Shown: one piece after another, positions 62,434 through 64,000 of the stretch
Position numbering within the stretch: position 1 is the first letter of the stretch
How the letters are laid out: each line of letters starts with the position of its first letter
Source of the DNA: Macrostomum hystrix
Lineage: Eukaryota > Animalia > Platyhelminthes
DNA: 64,000 bases
Direction: 5' to 3'
Assembly: GCA_950097015.1 (NCBI GenBank)
Contig: CATNEN010000007.1
Span: 806,001-870,000 of the forward strand
Translations under genes and position numbers: made by a program
Notes under the pieces: generated by a model
What the model saw: the letters and a program-made list of their open reading frames with translations, nothing else
Databases searched by the model: none
What the model was told of the DNA's origin: nothing

Positions 62434-62613
62434 AGTATTTAATCCTAAAGATTGGCCTGGCTCCCCAGCCTTGCGGGGGTGTGGGGGCAGAGCCCCCACA
62501 GTTTAGCCATAGACAAATTTAAAGAAGTTTTAGAAAATTAGGCAAGAGCAAGACTATAAAACAACAGGAAAAGAAAGGCACAGCATTTGCATAGCTGGAA
62601 CGATTCACAAAAC

Positions 62614-63876
62614 ATGGACAGTGAACTATTGGATATTCTGCCACTAGATCTCAAGATTGATGAAGAATTGTTAAACTTTGTCATTGGTGCAGAAAACAAA
62701 CAAGCTACCTTTGACGAGCGGCCTTCAAGATACAAGGTTCTATTGGAAGACGATATCTAAAGGGCCATCATTGAGTCAACACCTGAAATGACTAGGAAGA
62801 AGTCTCAATGGGCAATAAAGATTTTCACCGATTGGCATTCTGGAAAAAATCTCAATGGGCTACAGGTGGAGGTATGATGGTCCTGAAGGAGGTCAAGGAA
62901 ATGAGCAAGTTGGATATGAATTATTTACTGAAGTTCTTCATTCTAGAAGTGCGCAGTGTCTGGTGAGAGATACAAGGGTGCATCTACATTGAAGGATTTG
63001 TTTTCCATGATACAATACTATTTACAAAATACTCTACATTTTAACTGGAGCTTGTGGAAAGACGTTGCCTTCATTGATAGCAGGCATGCCTTGGACGCTA
63101 CTATGAAGCTTTCAACCAAGGATGGAAAAGGTGCCAGTCTCTGAAAGTCCGAGCCAATTCCTGACATGGTTGAGGATTCACTTTGGACAGAGCAAGTTCT
63201 AGCAGACAGTTCGCTGCATCAGCTACAGTGCTCCCTAATCTGGCTTGTTGCGAAGCACTTTGCTCTCTGTGGCAGAACTGAACTGCGTAATCTTGAGTAT
63301 GATTGTCAGCTTCAACTGGAAACAGTTGGTAGAGAGGAGACTCTTAAGTACGTCGAGAATAATGTGACCAAAAACAATCAAGGTGGTCTGATCAGACTGC
63401 GCTGTGCTCCCAAAATTGTCCAGGCATTTCACACAGATGGACATGAATGCTGTCTCGTCTGTTTGTACAAGTTGTACTCATCGAAGTGTCCTTCTGGATC
63501 TCCCGGCACACTGTTTCTAGCGTGTAACCAGAATTGGACAAGTGACCCGTCATTGCCATGGTTTTGTAGAACTCCAATTGGTTGCCATACACTGGCCAGC
63601 ATGGTGAAGGACTTGTGCAAGGAAGTCGCTCCCAACAAAGGTGGAAAATTTACCAACCAGAGTCTTTGAAAGACTTGTGCAACACATTTGAATGAAGCTG
63701 GACTTCAGCGTGCTGAGATCTGTCACATTACCGGACATAGTAGCATGGCAGTTGAGCACTACATAACCGATTCTGTGGCTATGCAGAAACATGCGAGCGA
63801 CTTTGATAGCAGTGTTGTTCCCCATGCCCAACCACATCAGACAAGTGAGTCAACATGTGACTTCACTATTGATTAG
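62614..63876 (+). pseudogene. Crypton-type (DUF3504-like) tyrosine recombinase pseudogene
   Basis: KSQWAIKIFTDW, EVR..GERY, HFALCG.TE, KNNQGG, WF...PIG.HTL, FTNQSL*KT, ITGHSS...HY; several stops and frameshifts. Confidence 0.82.
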
Positions 63877-64000
63877 CTGTCAGCCAAGAAAATCAGAATT
63901 TTGGCATGCGGTGACACTAACAAGGTAGTTATCAGCTTTGAATAGATTGTCATAAAGTATCTGCTTTTTCACTAACTCACTGAGTGTTAACTTTGTTAAG

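Overview
Eukaryotic (metazoan) genomic DNA: GC-rich intron-split genes sit among many unrelated minisatellites, a pattern suggesting a flatworm such as Macrostomum (inference only). By joining exons at GT-AG sites with matching phase I reconstruct five host genes, all on the minus strand: a 7-repeat delta-like protocadherin (8516-26331), a claudin/PMP22-superfamily tetraspan (29069-30571), an unrecognised 152-aa secreted peptide with two six-Cys modules (44876-48660), PNUTS/PPP1R10 (51174-54724, start codon not found) and a Crooked-like Ly6/uPAR protein (56796-58911, first exon not found). Mobile DNA comprises an intact Mag-type Ty3/Gypsy LTR retrotransposon with identical 216-bp LTRs and a 5-bp TSD (38942-43492), a dead Crypton-type tyrosine recombinase, a Tc1/IS630-like HTH remnant, tRNA-derived SINE-like heads and MITE/Helitron-like pieces. 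Most long ORFs in the track are artefacts of stop-free tandem repeats. The best candidates for a second look are the two-module cysteine-rich peptide, a 2.3-kb CpG desert beside CpG-mutated transposon relics, inverted repeats bracketing a protocadherin intron, and minisatellites packed against splice sites.
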